DNA of 62,986 nucleotides from Sphingorhabdus sp. (GTDB lineage Bacteria; Pseudomonadota; Alphaproteobacteria; Sphingomonadales; Sphingomonadaceae): NCBI GenBank assembly GCA_041738665.1, contig JBGSPK010000409.1, positions 1 to 62,986 of the forward strand, read 5' to 3'. Shown piece by piece: positions 49,248 to 57,583 of this stretch (position 1 is its first letter; each line of letters starts with the position of its first letter). The notes under the pieces were generated by a model. It saw only the letters and a program-made list of their open reading frames with translations, ran no database searches and was not told where the DNA came from. The position numbers and the translations under genes were made by a program.

Positions 49248-49918
49248 CAAAGCATGCTGGAACAGCGCATTTGATATCATGACTTGTCCTGCCTGTTGGA
49301 CATTCGATGCCTGGCCTCTGAAAAGCACGTTGATCGGAGTTCAAATCCATTAAGCGCTTACCGCTGACTCTAACGCAGCTTTAGTGCAAGCATCTGACAT
49401 GCATATCCACCAGATGTCCTGACAATCACTTGAGGTGTTGACCTCATTTGCCGATGGAAACAGATCGCAAGCGCGCTTCAGTTATCGTGCTCCTGCGGTT
49501 TGCATCTGCAGCGATCACATTCGGGCGAGAAGAAGCAATATACTATCACGTCATATATCATCCAGCGCCTATTTCGTTTTCCGCACCTTGATCCGATGGC
49601 AATACGCGGGGGATGAAGGCAGGTAGTTGGACTGAGACCGGATGAAGCTTCTTTAGCAATACGCGGGATGTCCGAACATCAATCCACTCGAATAGGCAAT
49701 AATCGTGGGGACCCAGACTCACACCGGCTGGTTCGAACTGCAACCCTCTTTGCGCAGGACATGGAGCTGGAAATTGAAGATCGCGCAAAGCCTGTTTGAA
49801 ATCGAATGACCCACTTTTTGAGTGGCTATTTTCTAAATGCAGAAAGGACTCTGTTTTGGTTGTAAGTTGGAATGCGCTGTTAAAGCTGTTCGCGCGAATT
49901 CAAAGAACAATCACTAAG

Positions 49919-50287
49919 ATGCCGATCTTTTTGGCTTTTGCTAATGAAATATATGAAAATGATGCGCATTTAAACGCTCGCCGACATTACCAAGTCAGAC
50001 GATATCGCGATCGGGTCTTTGGCACGGCAGACCTGTTTGGCGAGCCTTCATGGGATATGCTTGTTGCTCTGTTCATCGCAATCGAGGAAGGGCGTAGACT
50101 GACCGCTGCGGAACTTTGCTCTGTTGCAGGAGCGCCGTTTCCCACAGCATATCGGTGGCTTGCGCTCATGGAAAGTGCGGGTCTCATTGTGCGCTTATTC
50201 AGTGAAAATGATCCCCAAGAAAGCGGAATAATCCTTTCCGCACAGGCCCGCGAGGATATGAAAAACTTCTTTAAGTCGCGTACTTAA
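49919..50287 (+). CDS. MarR-like winged-helix regulator
   Basis: LFGEPSWDMLVALF, PFPTAYRWL; start uncertain. Confidence 0.82.
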   Translation: MPIFLAFANEIYENDAHLNARRHYQVRRYRDRVFGTADLFGEPSWDMLVALFIAIEEGRRLTAAELCSVAGAPFPTAYRWLALMESAGLIVRLFSENDPQESGIILSAQAREDMKNFFKSRT

Positions 50288-50388
50288 AGTTAGACTGGCT
50301 CTTCACGGTATCACATTAGGGGTCGATTCCGTACGCCGACCTGTTCAAGCTTAATCTGGAAAATTTGTCGCGCCCACGAAAGTCACCA

Positions 50389-50814
50389 CTACATTTCGCT
50401 AAGCAGTACCGTTAACTTGCTGATCGCTTTGGGCGTTAGCTGCGCTTGTGTGGTGCTCCCCGAATCTGCGTCACGAATTCGGGCTACATAGCCATATTCC
50501 TCAAGTATGTTGAGCCATCTGAGAGCGGTAGTCACAGGCAATTGCGACGCTGCACAAATATTGGCCTCGGAGACAGTCTCGTTCAACAAATATGCCGAAA
50601 ACATTTCCAAAAGCATATCCCAGCTGGGCTCTGAAAACAGACCTGGCTGATCGAAAACAGTTTCACGTTTGCGGCGCAGATTATAAAGCATCCGTGACTT
50701 GTCGAGTAACGTTAGCGCCTCCTTACTGCCTTCGCCATCCAGGATTAAAGTGGCATTTTCAGCAATGTCGTGAGCCAGCTCTACAATTCGTGTTGCCCGT
50801 TCTTGTGGACGCAT
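50389..50814 (-). CDS. MarR-like winged-helix regulator
   Basis: LFSEPSWDMLLEMF, PVTTALRWL. Confidence 0.85.
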   Translation of the reverse strand: MRPQERATRIVELAHDIAENATLILDGEGSKEALTLLDKSRMLYNLRRKRETVFDQPGLFSEPSWDMLLEMFSAYLLNETVSEANICAASQLPVTTALRWLNILEEYGYVARIRDADSGSTTQAQLTPKAISKLTVLLSEM

Positions 50815-50868
50815 ATTAGTATGCCTATATGAGGTTAAGAGAGCCAATGAGATTGAGTTGCAAATTAA

Positions 50869-51081
50869 TCAGCCGCGTGTTGGTATAACTCTAGCGAGCG
50901 CGTCCGCTGTCTGTTTCTGGCTGCTTGCGTGCATGTAAATCCAACCGTCTAATGTATGACGGGCAAGATCCGCGTGCGCTGCAGATAAATTTATATTAGC
51001 GCTATCCAACAGAAGGATAGCTTGGTCCAACAACAAACGGGCATCCTTTGCGGCTTCTAATGGGCTAATTCTGCGTCTCAT
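50869..51081 (-). CDS. Small helical-hairpin hypothetical protein (70 aa)
   Basis: LLDQAILLLDSANINLSAAHADLARHTLD; co-oriented and directly upstream of a wHTH gene. Confidence 0.65.
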   Translation of the reverse strand: MRRRISPLEAAKDARLLLDQAILLLDSANINLSAAHADLARHTLDGWIYMHASSQKQTADALARVIPTRG

Positions 51082-51457
51082 ATTTTCGTCCCGATATAAT
51101 TTCTAACAATCCGTAATTGTAACATTTATTTTACATATTTGCAACCGACTAACGTGACTGACGTCATAACGGCACTATTACAGACAGGGCTGGAAAAAAG
51201 TCATTAGGCTACCTAGTGTGGGAAGTTGTTTTGTCGGCAATCTTGACCGATGGCTCCAGACGACGCACAATTCCTTGGAATTAAAAGCTCCAGAACATTC
51301 CGTTGAACGTAATTAAATTTTAAATTTAGCTTTACGCATGCACGATGTTCTGCATCGCTGGTTCAAAGCCTGCCAAGTTTTTATCAGAATGTGACAATTA
51401 AATGATGTAAAATGATGTCCGTTCAGGCTATCTTGCTCCGATATCCTGGGGGCCAAT

Positions 51458-51991
51458 ATGGATAAACGTGTCACAAGGCTAAATGTGCGTGAGAAGGAGG
51501 CATTGCGCCTTTTGCTTCGAGGCTTCGACGTAAAATCCTGTGCGCGCGAGCTCGGGGTATCGCCTAACAACATAACCGAACGCTTTCGCAGCGCCCGATT
51601 AAAGCTCGAAGTTACGAGCAGCCGTGAAGCCGCGCGACGTTTGCAAAATGCCGAAGACGGACACCACATATTTTATGGGCACAGCTTTTCTGAGGTTGAG
51701 ACCGAAGCGTTTACAGAGCCATTGCTGACTGCGCCCGATCAACGGGCAGAAGTAACAGATACGGTGTCGGAATTCAGAGTGAGGGAAGCCTACACAGGTT
51801 TTCAAATGCAACCTGAGCTTTTTGTTCCATTGTCAAATCTGCCGCTTCGTAAACAGGGAGAGTTGCGGAACAGCCTATCGAAAAGACAGAGATTTATTGC
51901 CATTTTTGATCTGGCCACAAAGCTTGCGATCGTAGTTGCCGTTATTTGCTTGATGGCGTTGGTAATGAACATGTTTGCAGGCTCCCGCTAG
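51458..51991 (+). CDS. LuxR-type HTH protein with a C-terminal transmembrane anchor
   Basis: LNVREKEALRLLLRG...ARELGVS...ARLKL; C-terminal LAIVVAVICLMALVMNMF. Confidence 0.85.
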   Translation: MDKRVTRLNVREKEALRLLLRGFDVKSCARELGVSPNNITERFRSARLKLEVTSSREAARRLQNAEDGHHIFYGHSFSEVETEAFTEPLLTAPDQRAEVTDTVSEFRVREAYTGFQMQPELFVPLSNLPLRKQGELRNSLSKRQRFIAIFDLATKLAIVVAVICLMALVMNMFAGSR

Positions 51992-52038
51992 TTCTCCGAA
52001 CCAAAAGCAGCCCGTCATGCCGGGCCAAGGAGTTTGAA

Positions 52039-52401
52039 ATGCTACATGAAAGAATTGATACCGCCCGGCCGATTGCCAAAAAAATCGGCGAAGCCGAGAA
52101 ATCATTTAATCAATCACTGCAACTGATTGGCGAGTTGCTCAGTGATATTCCGCGTGCCAGACAAAAATTTGCTGGTCGCATTCCACTAACTGCAGGAGTG
52201 GCCGCGTCCGAATGCCTCGCTGCAGCCGCAGTTTCTGCAACACGTGCATATAAGGATGTTATTGAAGCGCACGCACATCTTGCCCAGGATCGCGATCAGG
52301 TAGGTCTGCGCACCGTCAGCATAGGCGACATCGGCGCATGTCCTGAAAACGGCTCGCTGGAGAATGTTCCTCACCATCTCAGCGTCGTTAAAGCAGCGTG
52401 A
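52039..52401 (+). CDS. Hypothetical all-helical protein (120 aa)
   Basis: Strong AAGGAG RBS; Ala-rich amphipathic helices; C-terminal GLRTVSIGDIGACP. Confidence 0.8.
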   Translation: MLHERIDTARPIAKKIGEAEKSFNQSLQLIGELLSDIPRARQKFAGRIPLTAGVAASECLAAAAVSATRAYKDVIEAHAHLAQDRDQVGLRTVSIGDIGACPENGSLENVPHHLSVVKAA

Positions 52402-52436
52402 CACCCCTTCGTTTGCTGCGACGTTGACATCGATTG

Positions 52437-52877
52437 ATGCGTCTGATCTTTTTCTTGGGATTACTCATGATTGTGACTGGCTTCGCCCTGTGGAAGGGTA
52501 AAGCCCCCGAAAAGCTTACCGCTATTCTTCTCCTCGCGGGAATTGCCTGTTCGATGTCCTTTCGTGTCCCTTATGAAACGAGTTTCGGGCGCATCAATCT
52601 TGAGATTTGGTTGACAGATTTGGTTGTATTCTTGGGCTTCACGCTGATTGCCCTCCACGCAGAAAGATTTTGGACGATATGGATAAGCAGTTTTCAGTTG
52701 GTACAACTGATATCGCATTTGCCGGAATTGCTGATCCCTCATTTGCTTCCAGCCGTGCACACGACAATCATTTCGCTTTGGGTTTATCCGATGTTGCTCA
52801 TCCTGTTCGCAGGAACATGGCGGCATGTTCAGCGCATCCGGTCTTCGGGGAGCGAACGATCCTGGAGCAGATACTAG
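52437..52877 (+). CDS. Hypothetical integral membrane protein (4-5 TM)
   Basis: Hydrophobic segments; ALWKGKAPEK, DLVVFLG, RFWTIWISSFQL. Confidence 0.82.
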   Translation: MRLIFFLGLLMIVTGFALWKGKAPEKLTAILLLAGIACSMSFRVPYETSFGRINLEIWLTDLVVFLGFTLIALHAERFWTIWISSFQLVQLISHLPELLIPHLLPAVHTTIISLWVYPMLLILFAGTWRHVQRIRSSGSERSWSRY

Positions 52878-53431
52878 CCGCAGCCCAGGTCACGGACTGG
52901 CATTTCGTGGCAGATGACTTGATGACCCGTTACGGAACATTAGCGAACGTTATTTATGCCGCCGAACAGAATAAGATCGCCGGTGGGATTGGAACATCCC
53001 TACATTTGCTAGTCGAAGCGCATAAAGCGATATTGCGCGTTCAGGTGGTAGCCAAGCCTGTCCTGGCCTGCAGCAGATCGGTGTTTGATTACCTGCAGGC
53101 TACCATGGCGCACCTTCCGTTTGAACAAGTCCGACTTCTGTATCTAAATTCGGCGCATTGTTTGATCAGCGATCAGGTTGTTTCATGTGGTACGGTCAAC
53201 GAAGCGCCTTTCTATCCACGCGAGATCATACGACACGCGCTCGACGCTGGAGCGACCGGCTTGATTGTGGCCCATAATCACCCCTCAGGAGACGCGCGGC
53301 CCAGTGCTGCAGACATACAGAACACTAAAGTCCTTTTGGCAGCATGCCAGGCAGTTCAAATAAAGCTTCACGACCATATTGTCATCGGTACAGGTCGATC
53401 CACCAGCATGCGCGCGTCGAAAATGATTTAG
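52817..53431 (+). CDS. radC: RadC-family JAB/MPN domain protein
   Basis: EQVRLLYLN, GTVNEAPFYPREI, HNHPSG...S..D, HDHIVIG; start uncertain. Confidence 0.88.
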   Translation: MAACSAHPVFGERTILEQILAAAQVTDWHFVADDLMTRYGTLANVIYAAEQNKIAGGIGTSLHLLVEAHKAILRVQVVAKPVLACSRSVFDYLQATMAHLPFEQVRLLYLNSAHCLISDQVVSCGTVNEAPFYPREIIRHALDAGATGLIVAHNHPSGDARPSAADIQNTKVLLAACQAVQIKLHDHIVIGTGRSTSMRASKMI

Positions 53432-53450
53432 CGATCAATAGCGGGGCTAT

Positions 53451-53774
53451 ATGAGAAATTTTGAAGACATCGAAAAAGCGCTGGACATAATTGGCGAACT
53501 TGCTGGGACCGCAATTACCCAAAATCCTGCTGTGTCTATCATGCTTACGCTATTGAAAGCCGAAGACGTCGATCGCGCGGTTGCACTCGATACACTTGCC
53601 ACACAAACCAATCTGAGTATGCAATCGCTAGGCCGTTATGTGCAGCACCTTACAACCTTGGGGGTAATAGAAATTGCAGCTGATGCTGTTGCTGTCGAAG
53701 GCGTGATACAAATAAGGCTATCTGCCGCTACAAGCGCGCAAGCGAAAACCTGCTTTGCACATTTTTTTAAATAG
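53451..53774 (+). CDS. Hypothetical protein, probable winged-helix DNA-binding domain
   Basis: LDTLATQTNLSMQSLGRYVQHLTTLGVIEI HTH pattern; GGGG RBS. Confidence 0.6.
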   Translation: MRNFEDIEKALDIIGELAGTAITQNPAVSIMLTLLKAEDVDRAVALDTLATQTNLSMQSLGRYVQHLTTLGVIEIAADAVAVEGVIQIRLSAATSAQAKTCFAHFFK

Positions 53775-54005
53775 CCACAGCACCCTTGCCAGATAGGCCT
53801 TCGCGTCGCCTTGCCGAGAAAATGAACTCATCGAGATTTCTGAAATCAACACGGCAAGTTCCTGTACGAAAGACGCGGGGCTTTGGTGAGCAGATCGAAG
53901 AACTCGGCCGGGCTGTGCATGCGGTTTGTTTAAAGCGAATTTCCAAACTCGAATAACAGTTGTAGGCGGCAAGCCTGTTTCCTGGTCTCTTTCAGGGGCT
54001 CTCGC

Positions 54006-54608
54006 GATGGCAGCTTTGTTGGACAGTGCCGACAGTCTCCTTTTCGACTCAAATCGCCCTAAGCTGCCGTTCGTTCACACATCACTCTAATGACCGCTAC
54101 GTTGGACCGTCTTGACGGTCCGGTTACACTCGATCAATCGCGTCGATTGATCGGGTTACATAACGACTTCGGTTCATACTTTGCTCCCAAGTGGTGATGC
54201 GGCCCCAGTATTGAGATTCGGAAAGCAAATAGTTGATTCCGGATCATTATCTGCTTGCGGACCACGAATTGTGCCAGCCGCAATTCTACTTAGGGTCGCA
54301 CGAATGCGGGATACCAATTTTTGGGGATGTTTGGCCCGCAACAGGCAGGTTTTAATAGGCGTGCCCGCTGTCTCAAGATGGCCGATCGGGCAATCTATAT
54401 CGAAGTCAAAAGCGACGATGAGCAAACAAGACCGAACCATCCCCATTTTTTGGTAATGTCAGAATTACGATAGCCAATTTACCGAGTGCGCGAGCAACGC
54501 AACGTGAGGTACGGTATTCGGTCGTTCGTTCAGCCCGAGCCGTAATGGCAGCTCAGCGCCCAATTGCAGTCATTCGCGGCGCTGATTGGCTCACCTTATA
54601 GCGGACGT
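54006..54608. repeat. Left cluster of ~32-bp imperfect palindromic repeats
   Basis: Units at 54006-54037, 54089-54120 and 54544-54575; isolated arms at 54061 and 54600. Confidence 0.65.
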
Positions 54609-55140
54609 CGCATTAAATAGGCGGCTATTGCTGATTTTGTTGGACGATCCGGTCAGGCAGATTTTGAGGTTTAACAGGGTAAAGCTGATATCCGTTCATC
54701 GACGCGCACTGGCAATTTCAGGCTGCGCGGACATTGGTAGGGTAGACTGGGTATGCTCCAAATACGACGTATATGTCGACCGCTGTCGTAAACGATTAGA
54801 TCCACCAGAGGTTAAGCAGACAGCTTGTTTCGCCACTGTTCTTTTCAGAACAAATCAGGTCTGCCTCCCCTGAAAACAAGTACGATGATCAGCGGCGGTT
54901 ATAGGCTGAAAAGCCTGCCGCTTATCCGCCGAACGAAAAAATATAACTTTTGGTTAGGATTGAAACGATCATCTGTCCCGTTTCCGTACGTAACAAGCTG
55001 TAACGCCACCTTAATGACAGCGATGTTAACTAAAAAATAGGAAAAAAATATATATATTTCATATGTTTATATGTAGATATCGATTGCAGCCTAGTGGCAT
55101 GTTTTAACTTTTGCACTATGAATCTAGAACTTAGGATGTA

Positions 55141-55156
55141 TTAACTTTCCGTTAAC
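55141..55156 (+). promoter_or_regulatory. CtrA-binding box upstream of the fimbrial operon
   Basis: TTAA-CTTTCCG-TTAAC in an AT-rich promoter region. Confidence 0.65.
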
Positions 55157-55258
55157 AAACGGGGGGTGAGTCGGGTCGCAGACTCCCAGGACACAACGAT
55201 GTCCGCAATTTGAGACATACTGGCTGTTTCGGGCCATTGCGATTTTGGAGGGGTAGTC

Positions 55259-55783
55259 ATGCGAGTTTTGTTTGCTGCTGTCGCCGCGTTGGCGATTGCC
55301 GCCCCCGTCTGTGCTGGTGAGATCGAAAATGTGCGATCGTTGGATATCGCCGTTAGCGGTTCGATCCGGCAGCATTGTGCATTGGGTAATGTACCCAACA
55401 TGGATTTCGGCAACCTCGAACGGCGCGGTCTGGGCATTGATCGCGAGGTTGCCTTTGACTGCAACATGCCGTTCACGATGACGATCAAAGGCGCGAAAGG
55501 CGCGCTGACACACACCACCATGCCGAATGGTCAGGGCCCTTATGGCGGGCAGCTTCCTTATTCAATCGGCGTCAAAATGCCGGTCCGACATCCGGCCACG
55601 CAGATGATCGACCGCACTTTCAACAGCCGGCAGCTTGTTGCCGGAGGCATTATTTCAAGCAACGGCGGCATTGCCACCGACGGCATGCATTTGGCGATAG
55701 AGCTTGGTTTGCCATCGGGCGAAGCGGGCCTTTTGGCAGGAGATTATTCGGAGACGATCACGATCACTGTGTCTCCGATCTGA
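55259..55783 (+). CDS. Fimbrial subunit-like protein (Csu/spore-coat-U-like)
   Basis: Signal peptide, Cys pair, MDFG, C-terminal AGDYSETITITV; GGAGG RBS. Confidence 0.8.
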   Translation: MRVLFAAVAALAIAAPVCAGEIENVRSLDIAVSGSIRQHCALGNVPNMDFGNLERRGLGIDREVAFDCNMPFTMTIKGAKGALTHTTMPNGQGPYGGQLPYSIGVKMPVRHPATQMIDRTFNSRQLVAGGIISSNGGIATDGMHLAIELGLPSGEAGLLAGDYSETITITVSPI

Positions 55784-55920
55784 GATTCGTTTGCTGACTT
55801 GAAGCAAACGGAATTGTGCCGGGGGCGGCAGGCATCGATGCCCCACCGGAATGCGACCCACCGATGCAACAACAAGGCCGTGACCGGTATGGGGGCGGCT
55901 AAGAACGAAGGAAGAAAGCT

Positions 55921-56685
55921 ATGAAGAAGTTTCTTTTAGTCACAGCCGCCGCAGCCGCCATGGTTGCAGCAGCGTCGCCTGCCGCCGCGCAGACCGACCA
56001 GCGCCATTATGCTGCAACGGTTCCTGTGCTTGGCAACCTCACACAGAACAACCCGGGCCCAGTGTCAACATTCGCATGGGACTTGGCGCGCAACGTTTTC
56101 AACATCGGTACGCGCTACACGGCAGAGGCTGATGCCCCCTCCGACAGCACGACTGCCACCCCCACAGTGAACGTGGCTTTCAGCCTTTCGGGTTCGGTGA
56201 ACAAGGACTGCTCGTTCTATTCGGGTAACGATGCTTCGGCGACCAACATCGCCTTCGGCGTTATCGGCGTCCGCACCGGCAACAACGAAAATGTGAATAA
56301 CGCATTCGAAATGGTTGGCCCTGCAGAAGCTGACATCGAAACGCTGACCGCAGGCTGCAACTTCAACAATCGGGTAACGATTGCGAAGAATGACGCTGCA
56401 GGTCTGGTTAACCAGACAGCTAGCGGCTTTGACAGCACCCAGTTCCAAGCGAACATCCCCTACAGCGTAAATGCAAGCTGGACCGGCGTTACCACGCAGA
56501 GCGGCCCAGCTGTAGGCACCGGCCAATCGCTGAATGTTTCGACCGGGCAGCTGACCAACAACATCCTGCAAGGCGCATGGCGTTCGCAAATGGACATCGC
56601 AATTGATGCCCCAGCAATCACCAACAAGGGCCTGGTCGCTGGTAACTACACCGGCACCGTAACTTTGACGCTCGCAGCGCTCTAA
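55921..56685 (+). CDS. Probable major fimbrial subunit
   Basis: Signal peptide, Cys pair, C-terminal AGNYTGTVTLTL; followed by a terminator. Confidence 0.8.
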   Translation: MKKFLLVTAAAAAMVAAASPAAAQTDQRHYAATVPVLGNLTQNNPGPVSTFAWDLARNVFNIGTRYTAEADAPSDSTTATPTVNVAFSLSGSVNKDCSFYSGNDASATNIAFGVIGVRTGNNENVNNAFEMVGPAEADIETLTAGCNFNNRVTIAKNDAAGLVNQTASGFDSTQFQANIPYSVNASWTGVTTQSGPAVGTGQSLNVSTGQLTNNILQGAWRSQMDIAIDAPAITNKGLVAGNYTGTVTLTLAAL

Positions 56686-56703
56686 GTTATTCTTAAATAA
56701 TGG

Positions 56704-56738
56704 GAAAGGGGAGAGAGAAATCTTTCCCCTTTCTTTTT
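56704..56738 (+). terminator. Intrinsic terminator or stabilising hairpin after the major pilin
   Basis: GAAAGGGGAGAGA-GAAA-TCTTTCCCCTTTC-TTTTT. Confidence 0.85.
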
Positions 56739-56779
56739 GGGTCTAAAATGCCCTAAAAAGCCAGCGGGGGATTAAGTCC

Positions 56780-57583
56780 ATGACAATAATAGAGATGTTT
56801 CGGCATAAAGGCCGTGCTCTGCTCGTGCTATTCGCCTCAATCGCAGTTTTCGTTGCTCCTGCTATTGCCATGCGGTTGTCGCCAATGGTTGTCGAAATGG
56901 AATCGCGTGGATCGAGCGCAGTTGCTCGGATCGAAGTTCAGAACATCAATGCTGGCAAACTGGCTTTCCAGACACGCGTCTTCCGGATGGAAATCGACAA
57001 AGACGGAGTTATCTCCGAAACACCTGCCGACGATCAATTTTTGGTGTTTCCGCCGCAAGGTGCGCTACCTGCAAGCGGGCGGCAAGTCATCCGTTTACAG
57101 TGGGTCGGCGAACCGGAACTTGCTACGTCACAAGCTTACTATTTCTCCGTTGAACAACTGCCCGTTGCATTCGAGCCAGGCAGCACCGAAGCGGTCGGAG
57201 CACAAGTTCAGATTCTGTATAACATGCGTGCTTTGGTCGTTGTCGCACCTCCCGGTGCGAAACCCGATGTAAAGGCGGCCAGCGTTAAGCAAGTTGTATA
57301 TCAGCCGCCGACCCCTCCCGGCGCGGCTATCGCCCCGCCAATGCAGGATGGTTTAGAGATCACATTGACCAATGCCGGTCGTCGCCATGCCATGATGTCC
57401 AACTTCGCTTGGCAGCTTGAGGGCACCGACGCGAAAGGCAAATGGCTGCGGGTTGATGTAGCACCCGAAGAACTTAATCGCGCCGTTGGCACCGGCTATG
57501 TTCCAGCAAAAGGTGAGCGCACATTCCGCATACCTGTGCCGGGTTTTGGCCAAGGGCCAATCAAACTGTCGTTCAAGCAATGA
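56780..57583 (+). CDS. Periplasmic fimbrial chaperone (PapD-like)
   Basis: Signal peptide; FLVFPPQ...GRQVIRLQW; NAGRRHA. Confidence 0.88.
   Translation: MTIIEMFRHKGRALLVLFASIAVFVAPAIAMRLSPMVVEMESRGSSAVARIEVQNINAGKLAFQTRVFRMEIDKDGVISETPADDQFLVFPPQGALPASGRQVIRLQWVGEPELATSQAYYFSVEQLPVAFEPGSTEAVGAQVQILYNMRALVVVAPPGAKPDVKAASVKQVVYQPPTPPGAAIAPPMQDGLEITLTNAGRRHAMMSNFAWQLEGTDAKGKWLRVDVAPEELNRAVGTGYVPAKGERTFRIPVPGFGQGPIKLSFKQ

Noticed and set aside
49435-49790. Short ORFs between the microprotein and the wHTH gene (e.g. METDRKRASVIVLLRF..., 45 aa)
   Set aside because: Possibly a decayed small gene, but no frame is convincing.
54131-54153. Perfect hairpin CGATCAATCG-CGT-CGATTGATCG
   Set aside because: No U tract and not part of the 32-bp consensus; function not assignable.
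54174-54873. ~90-aa ORFs on both strands between repeat units
   Set aside because: No RBS, motif or typical composition; they may be eroded cargo but cannot be supported as genes.
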